DNA from: Laetmonice hystrix
Taxonomy: Eukaryota
Direction of reading: 5' to 3'
Assembly (NCBI GenBank): GCA_965235115.1
Contig: OZ249436.1
Coordinates: forward strand, 54,128,001 to 54,192,000
Length of the DNA stretch: 64,000 bases
Shown here: positions 12,301-27,300 of the stretch, in pieces
How positions within the stretch are numbered: position 1 is the first letter of the stretch
How the letters are laid out: every line of letters begins with the position of its first letter
The notes under the pieces: generated by a model
Seen by the model: only the letters and a program-made list of their open reading frames with translations
What the model was told of the DNA's origin: nothing
Databases searched by the model: none
Made by a program: the position numbers and the translations under genes

Positions 12301-15300
12301 CAATAAAGTTCATTGGAAAAACCGCGGAGGAGATCGCTGAGAGATCATTGGGCGTCAATTTCCGCTTGACAGATTGATGAGCGTTCTTAGAGAGATTGGG
12401 GAGAGATTGCCGCGGCAATAGGAAGCTCAGCAACCTCCTTGGTCGCCCAAGGAACTCTCAATGATCCCTCAGCGATCTCTCCTGGTCTCTCTCCTGGCCT
12501 CTCAATAATCTCCGTAGATCTCTCAGTGATCTCTCTTGGTCGCACCTGATCTCTCAACGATCTCCGTAGATCTCTCAGTGATCTCTCTTTGTCGCACAAC
12601 GAGCGCTCAGCAAACTCTCTGCAGGAGGCTTAGTCTCCATTGATCTCTCAAGGATCTTTCAATGAGCGCTCAATGAGCGCCAAGGTCACTCAAAGATTTC
12701 CATAGATCGCCATGAAAATTGCATTTTTGATCGCACAAGGAGTGTACAAGGATCTCCCAAACATTTACACAGAAACAGCTTTTTCGAGGCTTTGGGAGAT
12801 CGTTGAGAGATGGGGCCAATTTTTGATCGCTCAATGGTCACCCAACGATCTCCGTGTGTGTAAAGGGGCCCTTAGTAAATGTGTTTACAACCTCACCCAG
12901 GACTGTGAGTAGGCCTAACGGTATGGTCAATAGACACTGTAAACAGGGTCTAGACGAGAGTTGGTCGTTATGAAAGTACATGTAGTTCCTACGGAGTCCT
13001 AAAAAAACATTCAATCGTCAGTTGCTCCTTACAACTTCTCTTGTAATTCTCAGAATCTTGCTTCGTTATGTACCGATACTCTTCGCTGACGCACTAAACC
13101 CCGCATGATGGAAATGACGCTATTTATTACATATTATAATAGGCCTACATGTGTACATGTGTTTGTACTGGATGATGTGAATACTCACAAAGACATGTTC
13201 ACGGACGACTAGTTCTGTAGTAAATATATGGTTCATACAGGGTCACAGAGTCCATGATGAATGGCTTTATATTCTATTTAAGGACACCACATAATATATT
13301 ACCACCTAACAGACGCACCTTTTAACCTCAAATTAATCTAATGTAAAAGTCCTTCCACGGATCAATAATGCTGGAATGTGGACTTATATGTCTCATGCAC
13401 TCGTCAGATGGGCTCGCATTGTCACATGATGTATACCGGTATAGGGTGTACAAATTTTCCAGAGAAATCCCAGTAACGATCATAACGGTGATGGTACCCA
13501 AAATTATTGAAAAGGGACAATAATTAGGCCAGAAGGCAGTTGGCGATCATTTTATACAGGTGAGACATAAGCTGACAAGGTACTCTCCTACTTAGCGGAT
13601 ATTAATCTAGATATCGGATATCTAGATAATACATTTTATTTCAGTAAGAGAGTATGATTTCTGGATTAATGTTAAATAATTAGACTGTCATTAAATTGCA
13701 TCCTTGAACAAAAATAACCAAAAGCTGATTTTGTTGAGATTTTGCACCTGCGCCTCATCCCTCCAGGCAATGGATTAGGTTCATTCTCACCAGTTGACAA
13801 GCTCTTTCATCCTCCTGTTGGCAAGGTGCGCCTGGCCTGACACCCTCTGTAAGCTCCGGTAGGCACATTGTATCATGGGATCAGAGATTCTTATCACAAC
13901 TTGATCCGTCCACCTAGGGAACTCCCTGCAGGGGAATGCTCGGGGGGACTACACTTAGATTGCAGCAGTTACAATAAAAACTGATTAAAGACAATACAAG
14001 TTTAAAACTTGTTCTTGGGGGAAAATACAATAAAATAAGGGTGACTCAAAACAAACGATTTCGTAAATTTATAAGAGGTGGTTTAAAGTACTGGTGCTAG
14101 TTTTAGAATTTTAAGTGCGTGCACTTTCCATGGTTGTAACATGTGTTAAGGGTTGATACTACCAGTGGAAGTATTCCTTATGAAGTTATATTGCAGGACG
14201 TCACACGTCCACACCAGAAGACATGCCACAACGTCTTTTATATATTTATAAGCTGATGATTAATGCACATAAAGAATTTCAGTCCATGATGAAAGAACCA
14301 ACTGAGTAATCGTTTTTTACATCTCAGTGCATTTCAACAATTGCTTGTTTCACTTAGAGTAATGGAATACTGAATACAAACAGCATTAGCACCGACCATA
14401 GATGCACCGACCAAACCACACGCTCTACAGGCTTCCTCTGTGTATGGTGGATTTCATCCAAGGTACCTAATACCTTGAGGGTGTCTGGGGTACGTTCTTA
14501 GACTGCCTGAGTGAAAACTCTCTCCATCAGCGGTCTCAGGACAGTCCAGGAATTAACTGAGCAGTCACGCGGCATAATCAGTCATGGTCGCAACACATGC
14601 AATCAGCGACCTCTTTTCCGATCTCTTTAATTATTCTGCAGCTGCAGCTGCAGCGTCTGCAGCTAGTACATATTGTAAGGTAATATAGATTTATTGCTTG
14701 ACGGAGGGAAAAGGTTTTAGTAGAATAATTATGGGTATTAAGGTACAATTTTGATTATTTTTCCAAAATTATCAAAGTTATTTAAGGAACGTTATTTCCT
14801 TTTTTAAATTTTTATTCTTTTCAGTTCGAGAATATTAATTACACAATTTCCAATTTGGGGAAAGTAAAATTATGGGGGCTTTCTTTTTTCTGTGTGATGG
14901 TCTGTCGGATAGAAATTTTTAGATAGATAGACTATAGACAGAGGTTGACGGAAATCTTTCCGGATTATTATTAAGATGAAATGCTGAATTATATTTATGC
15001 GGCTGTTTTCGAGTACATGTAGTATCATAATACATGTTTAGGGCAATCAATTTTTTGGCCAGTTATTCAAAAGTGGATGTACGAGCCATGCATCTGATCG
15101 CCATGCATACAATAGGTAATGTGTTTTTGGGGTTGGAGGTGGGTCCGGTGTGAACGGAATGTAAGTCCCCCGGAATGGCAGAATAGAGGGGTTTATGAGA
15201 ATCTGACCACGGTTAATATTTTTCTCCAATATCTGATAACTGATTGTTTGAACTGACCTTGACTGACTTGAACCTTTGGACTATTAGTCTAAAAAACGGA

Positions 15301-18300
15301 CTGTCCGGTGATGTACTGGTTAAAACTATTTCAAACCTCGGATCAAGTGAGAAGGCTATATTAAAAATTTGAATTGAAGGGAAAAGAGGGAATGAATAGA
15401 TCATGTTGCATGCACCGCTGAGCTTCATGCCCCAGCAGTGTTGTGGACGATACACCCTATAGAGTACACTTCAGAAATATGTACTCTGAAATAACAAAAC
15501 CTTGTCCCACTGGCCGAAGTTATTCATAGAGATGTCAGAGATCTTTGTGAGGCATTGTGAAAGGGCTCGCTGATACCTTTAACTTCATCAGGGGGTTTGA
15601 TCTCTGTGACTGTCCATTATTACGATAGATAAGACGGTCTTTTTTTGAAGTGTTGTTCCAATCTAAATATAGTCTTGAGTCGGTTGAAAGTTGAGTTTAT
15701 CCCCTTACATTTCTTTTGCCATCAAATATACTTTTTTTTTTGCCTGACGCGGTACATGCATTTAGCTTTGTGAGGAACATTTTCCTTACTTTCAATGGAT
15801 AGGTGTAGCTTTCTTTTCAATACAAGAAAAGTATTGGTGAAAAAAAAGTATTCCAAAATGTGTTACAATGCAGCGGGCCGCTGGGGCTTTTCAAGTGTAG
15901 CCAGCCTTCAGACACCGAGATCTTGGGACTACAATGCATTCGTCAGCTGCAAGGCTGTACTTTTGTGCGTATTCTTTGGTTCACACTAAGCCAGCAGAGG
16001 CGTTCATTCAATTCCTTGACACCCTACAGCTAACTTGTGACGAAGGGGAGAAACTTCCCCAACGGTACTCTGATATAACGTCTGAGTTACGGCTTTGTTG
16101 TTCTGGAGGAGGCGAGACGAGGAACCATGGGAGCATGTTCTTCACGGCTAGCATCACGCCTGTTCATCTCCTCAACAAACAATATTGACACCTTTCAAAT
16201 ATTGCCTGAATGTAAATCAGGATGGTAGGGTGAGGGGGAGTGAGTTTGGGTGCAGTGGTGAGTGAGTCTGGGTGCACCAGATCAGGCAGCTCTTCCTTCC
16301 TGATACGGGATGTACGATATGACTGCACTTCACCGATCCGAATCTGGCTGGATCCTCTCCACATTTTCACTAAGTCCGATGTCTATATACCCGTCACTGG
16401 CCCCAAAACACCCTCTTTCTCCAGAAACCTCTTTGCCTGGGAGTGTTTCACAAAAAGACCCGATACTCCTTTTGTAGATAATACAAAGGTACCTTCATAC
16501 CAATGGTAGGTCCCACTTTCAAATATCTCACAGAGATGTGTTTCGGAAAGATTAGGTTTCCTTTGTGAAGTCTACTACATACGGCTTGACGTAGGCCTAC
16601 TGGGGTCCCAGCTAGCCTCATACTTGGTGACCATCCTCGAGGGTAGAGGTTGTGCCATCAACGGGAAATGGGTTCGTGACACCGCATATTGTCCGCGCCC
16701 CTGGGCAGTTTGGATTGGTGCCATAAGTTTAATTCCCTGACAATGGTTGAAGGCATAAAGCCGGCTGGCGGCCGGTTTTCTTGATTGTTTCACCAAGTTT
16801 CGTGGATACACCTCGCAAACTTTTTGTGTTAACCACTTTCAATCCTGTTTTGACGGACACTGATAGCGATTGCATTAACTCTCTCCAGGGCATTGTATAA
16901 AGGTAGCCTTTGTTAGCAGAATCAACTCCCTTACGGTGCCTGCATACATGTTCTCTCATGGCCACTTTATAACAATTTCATCCGCTTTGTCACCTAAGGT
17001 GCACTGTTACATGTAATTAATTCTCAAGAGTTTTGACACTGCTTAACCACACTGCGTACACACTGTGGGCGGATAATGTAGTCTGTCCAATATAAACGTC
17101 AAGTATAGATTCTTCGAACTTTGTACAGAACGGTCCCACCCTGAGGTGTTCATTCTCTTCTCATTGTTTGGGGCTTGAGGGGGGGGGGGAGAGTCACGTG
17201 TCGTTTTAAGTACTGAGTTTTTTTGATTTTCAGTAGCTGAAAAAGTGCTTAAAAACAATGGTAAACATTATTTTGTCTAATGGGTCTATGTAAAATACAG
17301 ATGGAGGTCATATCCTTAGGTTGTGAAATCATCAGTGATGATTATTGTGTATGTATAATAACACACTTGAGTTTTCTTTTGACAAGGTAGGACTAGATAT
17401 AAAAAAGTACTTGCAGTTGTTTGCAGACAGCTTCAGATTGCATTCCACTTTTACAACTTTCTGGAGTGTAACCAACAAACAGGCGAAACTTGAAACGTAG
17501 CTGTACACATACATGCAGGCTGAGGAGTAAATATTGGCTGCCCTGTGTTGACTGCACCGAGGCTTAAAGTCAGACTTGATCAAATATTTTAGAAAGTGTT
17601 ACGACATAATATTGACGATGTAACCGGAAAGCCGTTATTATGGAGTGCTACTAATGTGTGCCTTGAATCTTCAGACTTTGGTCATGATCATTTAAAAAAA
17701 TATTATGAATACAAGTAAAGCTTGTGTTCTGTTATATATGTGCAAAACACTATCCTCTATAATTAGTTTGTAAGAAAAAGCTTAATGTTGCTTAAATGTA
17801 AAACACAACGTACACAAAGATAAGGTTTTATGTTTGTAATCATTTCAACCCCGCGCCAATACTTGGCCTTTTAAGTCTGATATTCATACATGTTCGACAT
17901 GGCTTGCAAAGAAATGTTAGTAGCCTCCCTTTTTCACACGCCTAAAATGTATTTGTTTGGTCGTTTTTCAGTGGTTTTTATAGTAATATATGCCATCCCA
18001 ACCGTTTATCAAGTAGGGTTAGGTTGCATTACATGGGGAAAACGTCAACGCGTCGGAGGCAGTCAACAAACAAGGCGCGGTGACACCAGATTCTTTTATC
18101 TTTCTCTGGCTGACGGGCTGTTTAGTTTAAAGATTTTGCTCAAACACTACACCTTATGCAGGAATGTGATGTCATTTTCAACATTCATGCTCCCGTTTCT
18201 ACCTTTCGTAGGCCTTTTAGGTATTCTTATACCTTCCGAATTGTGTTTCTATAAGAAAATATATCGTTTCGGAGTAATGTAATCTATCGTCTCAAAGAAG

Positions 18301-21300
18301 TTGCCAACAGGAAGAACTTCCGTGGGACAGTAATGGATATAGAGGTATGCCCTATGTTAACAGATCATGTGAACATTTCTTTTGAATTTTTCATTTGGTC
18401 AAGAACGAATACAGCGGAGCCATAAGTAAGGAGAACGATCTGTCCATTAAAAAAGTCCTCAAGGTTTTCGCTGCATGCATATTCCAGGTAGTGTTAGTTG
18501 AAGCAAGACAGGGTAAGAATGCGTGAGTTTTAACTTTTTGTTATTGAGGGTATAGTCATGTACACTAAATATTCACATTCTGTCAAACCAGAGCCATCGG
18601 GTTGTCCCTACTCAAATGCGGACTGGAGCATACAAGATCATTCTTTCACCCAATAGGTCCTAACTGTGGTCAGCGCTGTCTCTGACATGCTAAAAGGCTG
18701 TTGGGTCCTATTGTAAATGAACGAAAATGAGCGAAATCATCCTACAAATGAAGAGAAGGATCTTTTTGTGGCTGAAAAATTGAACTACATTGGGTATACC
18801 AGGTGTTTTCACCCTGAAGATCCCAGGAGGGCGTAAGAAACGTTTTCAAAAGTTACACAGCCGACTGCCGGGTGCCATGGCTGGCAGGGTGGAGCCGTGT
18901 GGCTATAGTTACAGGTGGACTCCTGTTCCGAAGAGGGTCACTTGTTTGCAGTCAGAGGGGGCACGAGGTTCCCGCCCCCTGCCTTCCTAAGTGTAGTTCT
19001 GTATAACATGAATAATATTTTTAAAATGTAAAGTCATGCAATTTATAAACGCAGATCTGTAGGGTGCTGCCTACAGGGACTTACCCCCTATAGAGTGCCA
19101 ACAAAAGACTATGGATGACTCTATACCCCTCGGTGGGATCCGCCCCAAGCTTTGATTGAAGTGAACTTTTAGAATATTTTGCATGCTGATAAAAGCCTAG
19201 GCTTAGATAAGTATTCCAATAGGTCATCCAAAGGACTTGAGTGATTCTATTATTGACATGGCCTGCTGTGGGGATCTGAAAATAACGTGACCAGCGGCAT
19301 GACAAGACCAAGTCATGGAGGCATTTGTGCCACTTGACCTGTCTCCGACATCAGCGGAGTCGTTTCCACGGTTACCTGGTGCTTTGTATTGAAGGTCGTC
19401 ATGAAAGGTTGGGACCGTCGGGGGTGGGGGTCACTGCAGTCACGGGGGCGGGGCCTGTGCTGTGACCTGTCCATCATTGCTGTCCTTAGTCTCTTGTTAC
19501 TGTCAAAAGAAGCAGGACGACAGTATGCAAGCATTTATCACCTCATAGAAGGTGGAAGTAATGTGACGGGTGCGTCAGTCGACGTTTGTATATATCAGGA
19601 TCAACCACTACAATTGGATCATTCTGCCTGGTGTGACATCGTGAATGCACACCTACGGGACGTCACGCAGGGCAGGGGGAGTGTCAGTCTGAAGTCGGTT
19701 TATAAGGAGATCAGTCCCGAAACGGTATACCTAGGTCTATGGGCATTCACCTCACGCTGACGGAGTCCTTTGTTAATTGGAAGTATTTTCATTAAATATT
19801 TCATCAAATACCATAGAAAAGCAATGAAAGTAGGTCTATCTTCCTATTGTCAGAATCCTACCAATCTGTTCAGAATAAATCTTATTTAGTGCACCTGCGT
19901 TTAACCGCTATGTATGATGCCATCATATCTTTGATCAGAGGCGGATGTAGGGGGCAGGGGCCCGCCCCCCCCCCCCCATAATTTTGGACAAGTATATATA
20001 GTATAACTTAGGCCCAAATGAACCCAGCCACCCCTTTCTAGCAGTAAAGTAAAGTCTAACAGTAAACCTGGAGATTTATGAAGATTGAAATTTGTATAAA
20101 ACATAGTTATCAGCAGTTCAGGACCAGCCACCTCTTTCTGACTTCGTCCCGGTGGGGCCCCACCTCAGCGAAAATCCTGGATCCGCCCCTGCCTCAGTCA
20201 TGGATTCAAGGTAGGCCTGGTCTGGGACATGGACAATGAAACGTTTAGACTGCGTGAACAGAGTACAACTTGGCATGCCTATGTCAACGTGTCTGATTTA
20301 TGCGTGACGTTTGAGATTATCATCTCAGAAGACAGGCCGTTATGGCGAGAATTGTGTGTGACCTTGCCTGTCGTTCACACCATTGAGTTAATACATTGAG
20401 GGCCAGGGTCCGTGGGCTTCGCTAACAAAACCTGGGTCGTGTACTACAGAGTACAAGGTTCTGTATAGTGTATGGTTGCACACTGCACACAGAGCACCTG
20501 TCATTTCACAACGGACGTTGGAGTTATGGCTCTCTGTAGGCTACCAATTAGGCCTACTATTATAAGGCCTATATTGTGTCATGGATTCGAGTTGAAAACT
20601 GATACCTTACGCCTACTGAAAGATTTGACAGTTGGCCTTCACCTGTAGGTACCGAAATGGTGTGTCAAGTTTCGAAAATATAAGGTTCGGCTATAATCTT
20701 TGTAATGTTGGGACTAGGCTACGTTGGACATCCTGACCTTCCTGGTCGAAGCCAAAAAAATGTTCCCGGTTTCTGGTATTAAGAACATTTCAAAAGTTGT
20801 GCGGTGACGTGGGTTTTTTTACAAATATTTTTTTTGGGTGACAGCTGGCTAAAATGGCATAAGCCTCATAAGAATTAGCATATAAAATGAACACATAACT
20901 ACAACCATTATTATTTTAGAGGGCTGTTGCTTGCCTCTGCTAGCCGGGTCCGTGCTTCGTCGTGATCGCCTGGGCCAGAGACTGGCCGGCGATAACTGAT
21001 AACTCCCTCGAAGGCCTAATCGAGTTTTGAAGTACCCAGTTCAGAAAAACTAAGCTATTAGTCCTAACTTAGGCCGGTTGCGGTAGGCCTACACGTCGGT
21101 AATTTTTATGTTTCTTGGTGCTTCCATAGTCCTTATGGAACACGCGTTCCAGTTTCAAGCTTTACCACTAGGTGGCAGCACAATTCACACGTTCTTGCTA
21201 GGTGAGGGCAAGAAAAAGAAGTACTGATCGCTGCTTCTGAAGTGACATCTTTCTCCTTTTTTTTTTTTTTTTTTTGGGGGGGGGGGCTAAAGATAACATA

Positions 21301-24300
21301 TAATGTAGGCCTATAGGCCTATGCAAGAAATCGTCCTTCACATTTGGTATATTTATACACTACATGTGACTTTCATAACATTTGGTAATCACTTTTTAGA
21401 GTTTATAGAATTATTAAAGGTGTAGATGATAGACAATGACTAACGGAAAGGATGATGATGGAGTGAAGAACTTTATCAGGGAACTCCAACACAGGTGAAA
21501 TACATCCCCGTGCTGACAGTTATGGATTAGCCTTGGGTGAAGAGACAGCCCGCTGGCCTGGGACCGGACGGCAACAAGCTTCGAGCAATATACGGCCTTG
21601 GTAGTCGTGGGTACTAGGGCAGCTCACGAACTCACCGTGACGGGCCCTGGATCTTTGTCATGTGCTTTTTGAACTGCACCTCCATCCAATTTGTCTAATT
21701 TGTTAACATTGTTGAGAGCAGTTTTCGAAAGATATGTATCAAGAGTCCGTGCACCATGGGGTCTCAAGACTTCGAATTCGTCGGAGAATCTTGGTTAGCC
21801 TCTTTTTTGGGTTCCACATTTCATACCCCGTCGCAAATTGAAATTATGCGGGTCGGGTGGGATCTGCCCTACCCATAGATTCCCCTGTATGTCATATTAG
21901 GTCAGACCTGCTTGGATAAGGTCATCATTCGCCGACGCCCTCAGTCACGAAACAAGAAATGGGACTACCATGCATGGAAAAACCAGTAGATCTAACACTC
22001 CATTCTTCAGAAAACGTCGATTACAATACGGTTTCATGGGAGATTGACATAGCTACATGTAGGCCTAATCAGTGGCGGATCCGTGGAGGCGGTTGGGGGG
22101 GGGGGGGGTTACCCCCCCCCCGACCCAATTTTTCTTTTTTCGGCACCAGTCGACGGTGATCGCCCAATGGGGTAATTCCCATCGGCCGATGGGAGACCTT
22201 TTATTTTATTTTGTTCTGTCACTCATAGCCGAAGTTCAGGGGTGTATAAGGCAGAACTGATCGAGTTCGGGGGGGGGGGGTCTAGATCTATAGCCACTGT
22301 CTTCGCGCCGCAAGAAGCAAAGCCCCTCCACTAGGCCTTTTTGGGTGGGGTGCCGACCAACCCACCCAGAACCCCCCTGGCTACACCCTTCAAGTTAATA
22401 ATTAAGTTAATCCTCGTTATTCAATATCACCAAAATACTCTTTCCAACTCGTAACCACATGGTGAAAAGGCTGCGCACGCCGCCTGGCGTGATGCAGCAT
22501 TACTAGGCCTACATGAGAGAGCTCATTGCACAACAACCACTTTCTAATTTAAATTGAGTGAGAAATATAGCTCCAGTTTTTATGAGAAGATTTTAAGAAA
22601 CTATAATGGCCTACCTTCTCACTGGATCCTCACATTTTGAAGTATATTTAGCTAAGACCGGGTGTAGCATACCAGTGGCTCTGGGTACGGTTATTGTGGC
22701 CAGACACCCGGTTGGCCACCAAGCGGTAACCTCGGAAAGCATGGGGTCACAACCCGCATGGGTTAGCAAACATCTTGTGTAGTAGTACTAGGGCGTCATA
22801 GAGATTCAGAATGTATACTTATTTTTATAGAATACATCTACATGTAAAATAAATTAGGCCTAATGGTAAATAAGTAGGCCTACCAGAAAATATACCTTCA
22901 TGCGGTCCCCAAATTGTATTTTTCAGATGGTCCGCCAGATGTCAGCATTGCTGCCACCCATTACTCCAGTAGTTGCCACCAGGTGGAACCACCAAGCCAC
23001 ATGATGTGTGGCTGTGGCCAGGAGAGGCGCGGTGTGGCCGAGGAGGAAAGCGTTAGCGTGCAGGACAACTGTAGCTCTGGGTCATGTTCTCACACTAAAC
23101 ATGGTAAGTTACTATACGTCAGCATAGGTCCGCATGGGTTAGATGGTCAGTAGGAGATGCGAACCGACTTTCAAAATAAAAATAAGACTAATAGCAAATC
23201 GGCCTATTTTAAAAATGTCCGTGCAAGTCAAGTAAAACGGCCCAAGTAAAACAGCTTCATGTAGACAGACACCAGATTGTAGGAAATTGTAGATTTTTCC
23301 CGTTGTGGAACATAAAATACTTCGCTTGGAATAACCATCCCATATCCAGACCAGCCGACGAGCCTGCAACTATCTATAGTAGGCCTATATAGGCCTGACG
23401 TTGTGTAGGCCTATAGTACTCCGCATGGTTGGCCAGTTAACTGACTGTTATATCCCGGACTGAAAGAGCTCAAATGGCGACTCCTCCGATTGTCCTAAAG
23501 TTTGGTCTGTCTTTCAGAAACTAATTTAACCTCATCTTTCAGATTCCATAGAGGAGGAGCACTATAGATCTAGGCCTACTGTGCATACTTGTCACTTTCC
23601 GCTGATCAAAGGTGTGAAAATAACCTAAAATAAAATCATTAGGTGCTGTGTGTAAACGCGTCAAGTGTGACCAGCATTCACCAAGGGTAACTGGTCTAAT
23701 GGACATGTTTATTGTCTGCCATTAATGTTTCGTACGGAAGGGAACCATAAACCTCTGTCTCATCTTTCACTGGGCCAGGTCCATATTTATCTGCCGAGAG
23801 TTACAGGAAGTCAGAACGACGCCTAGTCTACATGAATATTCCAAATGCGTAAATTAAATGTTTTGTCATTGCAGGAAGAAAGGTTAGGCGCACATCTTTA
23901 TGTTTTTACATTATCTCTAATGGTCAAATCTTAACCTATTGTAAGCCCTTCCATAAGTGTCTTATCAATCGTGGATATTTGTGGCACATCTAAGGAGCTT
24001 TGTATAGAGTCCTTTTAGTCATCTGCTTTATTAAGTTGCCAGTAATAAAACCTCCATTTTTTTGAATTACAAAGGTATTATATTAAGTTTAGTTATACAA
24101 CATTACAAAAGAACTGTACCTCTTTACAGAGAAAATATTGAATCGCATCAGCAACATATTTCTTTCTTTCTTCCTGCCCTTCCATGTACTAACAACCCAC
24201 GAAATTTTGAATTAGTCCACTTAGACGTTAGTGAAGAGAGACACATTGTACATGACGATCAGACGGGTGCTTTATGTGTTTTTGAGAATAATACATTTCC

Positions 24301-27300
24301 ATTTATCTAAAGTCAAAATTTCTGACTGTAGTATCACATGTGTTACAACGTTTAACATATTACAATACTGCGTTTGTTCCCGAGTTGTGCGAGCTTACAT
24401 GATAACACTTTACAAAGCCTGTCAGGCGACTATTGTGGGGCCAGCTAAAAGTCGGGAATTCGAAGCGGACATTCCAATGTGATCTTAATGACGCTATGAA
24501 ATAACACATGCAATCAGAAACATGAAGTTTAAACCATCATTTATACATCGAAGAGTGGATATGTTCTTCCATGTTCTCAAAGATAAAGACATTGGCTATT
24601 GTAAAAAAATACGTTCATACAAAACAGCATATTTGCCATTCATGTGCAGTGAAGGCACGCATTCTAAGTCCTTTCCCACGGGTTAGAAATATTACTTCAG
24701 GTTCAGGAAGCTTTTCACTATAAAAGCCGACCTGAGTTTTAACTGTAGTTTGCACTGTATGTAAAGGTATACAATGTGAAGCTGCCGGTGACCTCACAAT
24801 ACAATGACCTGCCCAATAAATATCTGGCTGAGGGCCTGGAAGTCAACGTTCCATAACCGTGAGATTATATAAACAAGGAGGTAGATAAAACCAATAATAA
24901 ACCCCGGGAGCTGTTTGTGACATGACTCATATCTAGATATACCATACAGGCCAAGTTCTCCACCATGCATGGAACGGATTATACGATTGATACAAGATAG
25001 CTGACTGTTTAGTACCAGTTATGTGCTTGTTGTCGATGACTACTTTCCTACAAAATGTTTTTTTTCTGGGAGCTGCAAATTCTTCGAAGTCTAGGGAGTC
25101 TTACTTTAGATAAGGTCATCAGGTCGCAGGGAAGTTAGTCTGAAATTCCTGACAGCGTCACGAAAATCGTCATTCAGCATCACATGCTTTTCATCCCATG
25201 ATATGTACATAAACAGGTACATGTATAGTAAAACCGAAACACAAGTTCAAGTCCACCAGGACGATTTAGAAGAAAATGGCCCTGATAATTGAGACAGCAA
25301 TTCCAAGCGGCAGTCCATGCCTCTGAAGGTTCTTAAAAACGACGGACTTGTTGATGACGTGAGCATCACGTTTGAAGTTCTTGAAGTTCTACCTGGCCGA
25401 GTCCTTACTGAGTCCTTGCTGACCATCCACCTCACCTGATGACCTCGACCAGTCTCACTGACCAGGAAGTAATTCGTTGACCTATACCTGCGGCATGCTG
25501 AAGTGGCCCTCTGCCGACGGCTCGCCAGCAGTATCCTTTGCCGTCCACATTGTCGCCCCGAGGCTCCAACCCCCTTTAACATGACCAAATCCTTTTAATT
25601 GGTCTTTGGCAAATGAGTGCTTAGGTTAACAAAAGCCTACGCGACAGACAGACCAAAGCCTTAATTAAGGCTTGTGTGTTATCAGGTTCTAGTTGTAAAG
25701 CTACCTGTAGAGAGCATGCACGCAGGTAGGCCTACTGTGATGATTAAACGAGGTTTGCTATACATTTCAGACTAATCAGGCAGAACAGTATTATGTGGAG
25801 GAAGTCAAGTAGCAAGAAATGGTTGGACAGTGGTTAGTGTTCGAGAGTGAAAGTTTTACGAGCGTCTAGATGAAGGATGGCAGAGTGGGATTTTAAAAAG
25901 GGCATTGTTGCCTCTAACACTCTCGTGATGGATACCCGTGGAGGGGAGAGAATGAACTACATACCTTGTACAGCTCTCTGAGTCTCTGGCACAGATTGAC
26001 AACAAGACTTTTGACCTTAGTGTCCAGGTTTGTACGGCCAGGTCCTCCTTCCAACAGAGATGAAACCAAGGGAAAGACTGGGGCTATATAGTCCATGAGC
26101 CAGATGGGCCAAAAATGGCCAATCGGTACCAGTTTGGGGGGCAAATTCTAATATGCATTTTTGTTAAGTATGATATCCCTACTTAATATTTCTGCATGAT
26201 AGACATTTGTAAGTAGTAGCTTAATGTGTTATATCAACGGGTTTTCATGGGTGGGTCAGTGCAACTTGCTACTCCAAAATTAGGGATATATCGCCAATCA
26301 GCTTGGTTTGCCCAATATTATTTAGGCATCCGGGCTTTTATTTTCCTTTTAAACCGTTATAGACTAACTTGAAATATGATAGGTATTGTTATATAACAAT
26401 TTATAGTATTTAGATACATTTATGGCTTGGTAAATAATCATTTGTATACAAGTAGACTGTTATATGATACAAGCAGGGTAGAACTTTCTTGAACACAACC
26501 TGATAAGTACATAATGTGCAGTTTTCTTCTTATAAGGTAGTATATGTTTATTTACAAGTCTACTGACATCTTTTTCTGCGGGTACTCCGGTTTCCTCCAC
26601 CAAGAAAAACTAACTTTCATCATCATCTTCACCGCCATGATCCCGTTGGGACCCGGGATAAAATAGGTTCCTTTGGTTTTATGGTCTTATAACTCTGTTT
26701 TCGCCGTGAAGATGGCCCCGGATGCCGACACGTCGGAAAACCACCACTACTCACTCACTCACTCACTCACCGCCATGATATGACCCTCGCTGTTGCAAGG
26801 CGTAAAACCCCAAATACCCACACTCTTAGAAATAAGGGTTCTTAGAGGTTCTTTGTAGAACTTCAAAGTTCCACATGGAACCAAAGGGTTCTATACGAGG
26901 TAAAGGGTTCTTTGTAGGAAAGTTAGGTTCCATGTGGAACCAAAAGGTTCTATACGGGGGAGAAGGGTTCCTTGTAGGAAAGTTAGGTTCCACGTGGAAC
27001 CAAAATGTTCTATACAGAGTAAAAGGGTTCCTGTTATGAATGTAAAGTTCCACAATGAACCTTTCTTTAGTTCTTTAGGCCCCTAAACTTTATTGACTCA
27101 GACGAAGGTTGTTCAATCAACATTATTTAATAGCCCCACTTGACACCTTTGACGACTGCAGAGAAACTATTTATTATAGTCTGATAAGCATTATTTAAAA
27201 TGACTACGTATAGAGATAGGTTGTTTGAGGTTCCCAGTAGAACTTCTGAGTTACTTGTGGCACCTGTTTTTTTTTAAGTTCTAAAAAAATTTAGAGTTCC

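Noticed and set aside
12218..12912. Short ORFs in the GATC-rich region
   Set aside because: They lie inside a non-coding MITE and show no transposase motifs.
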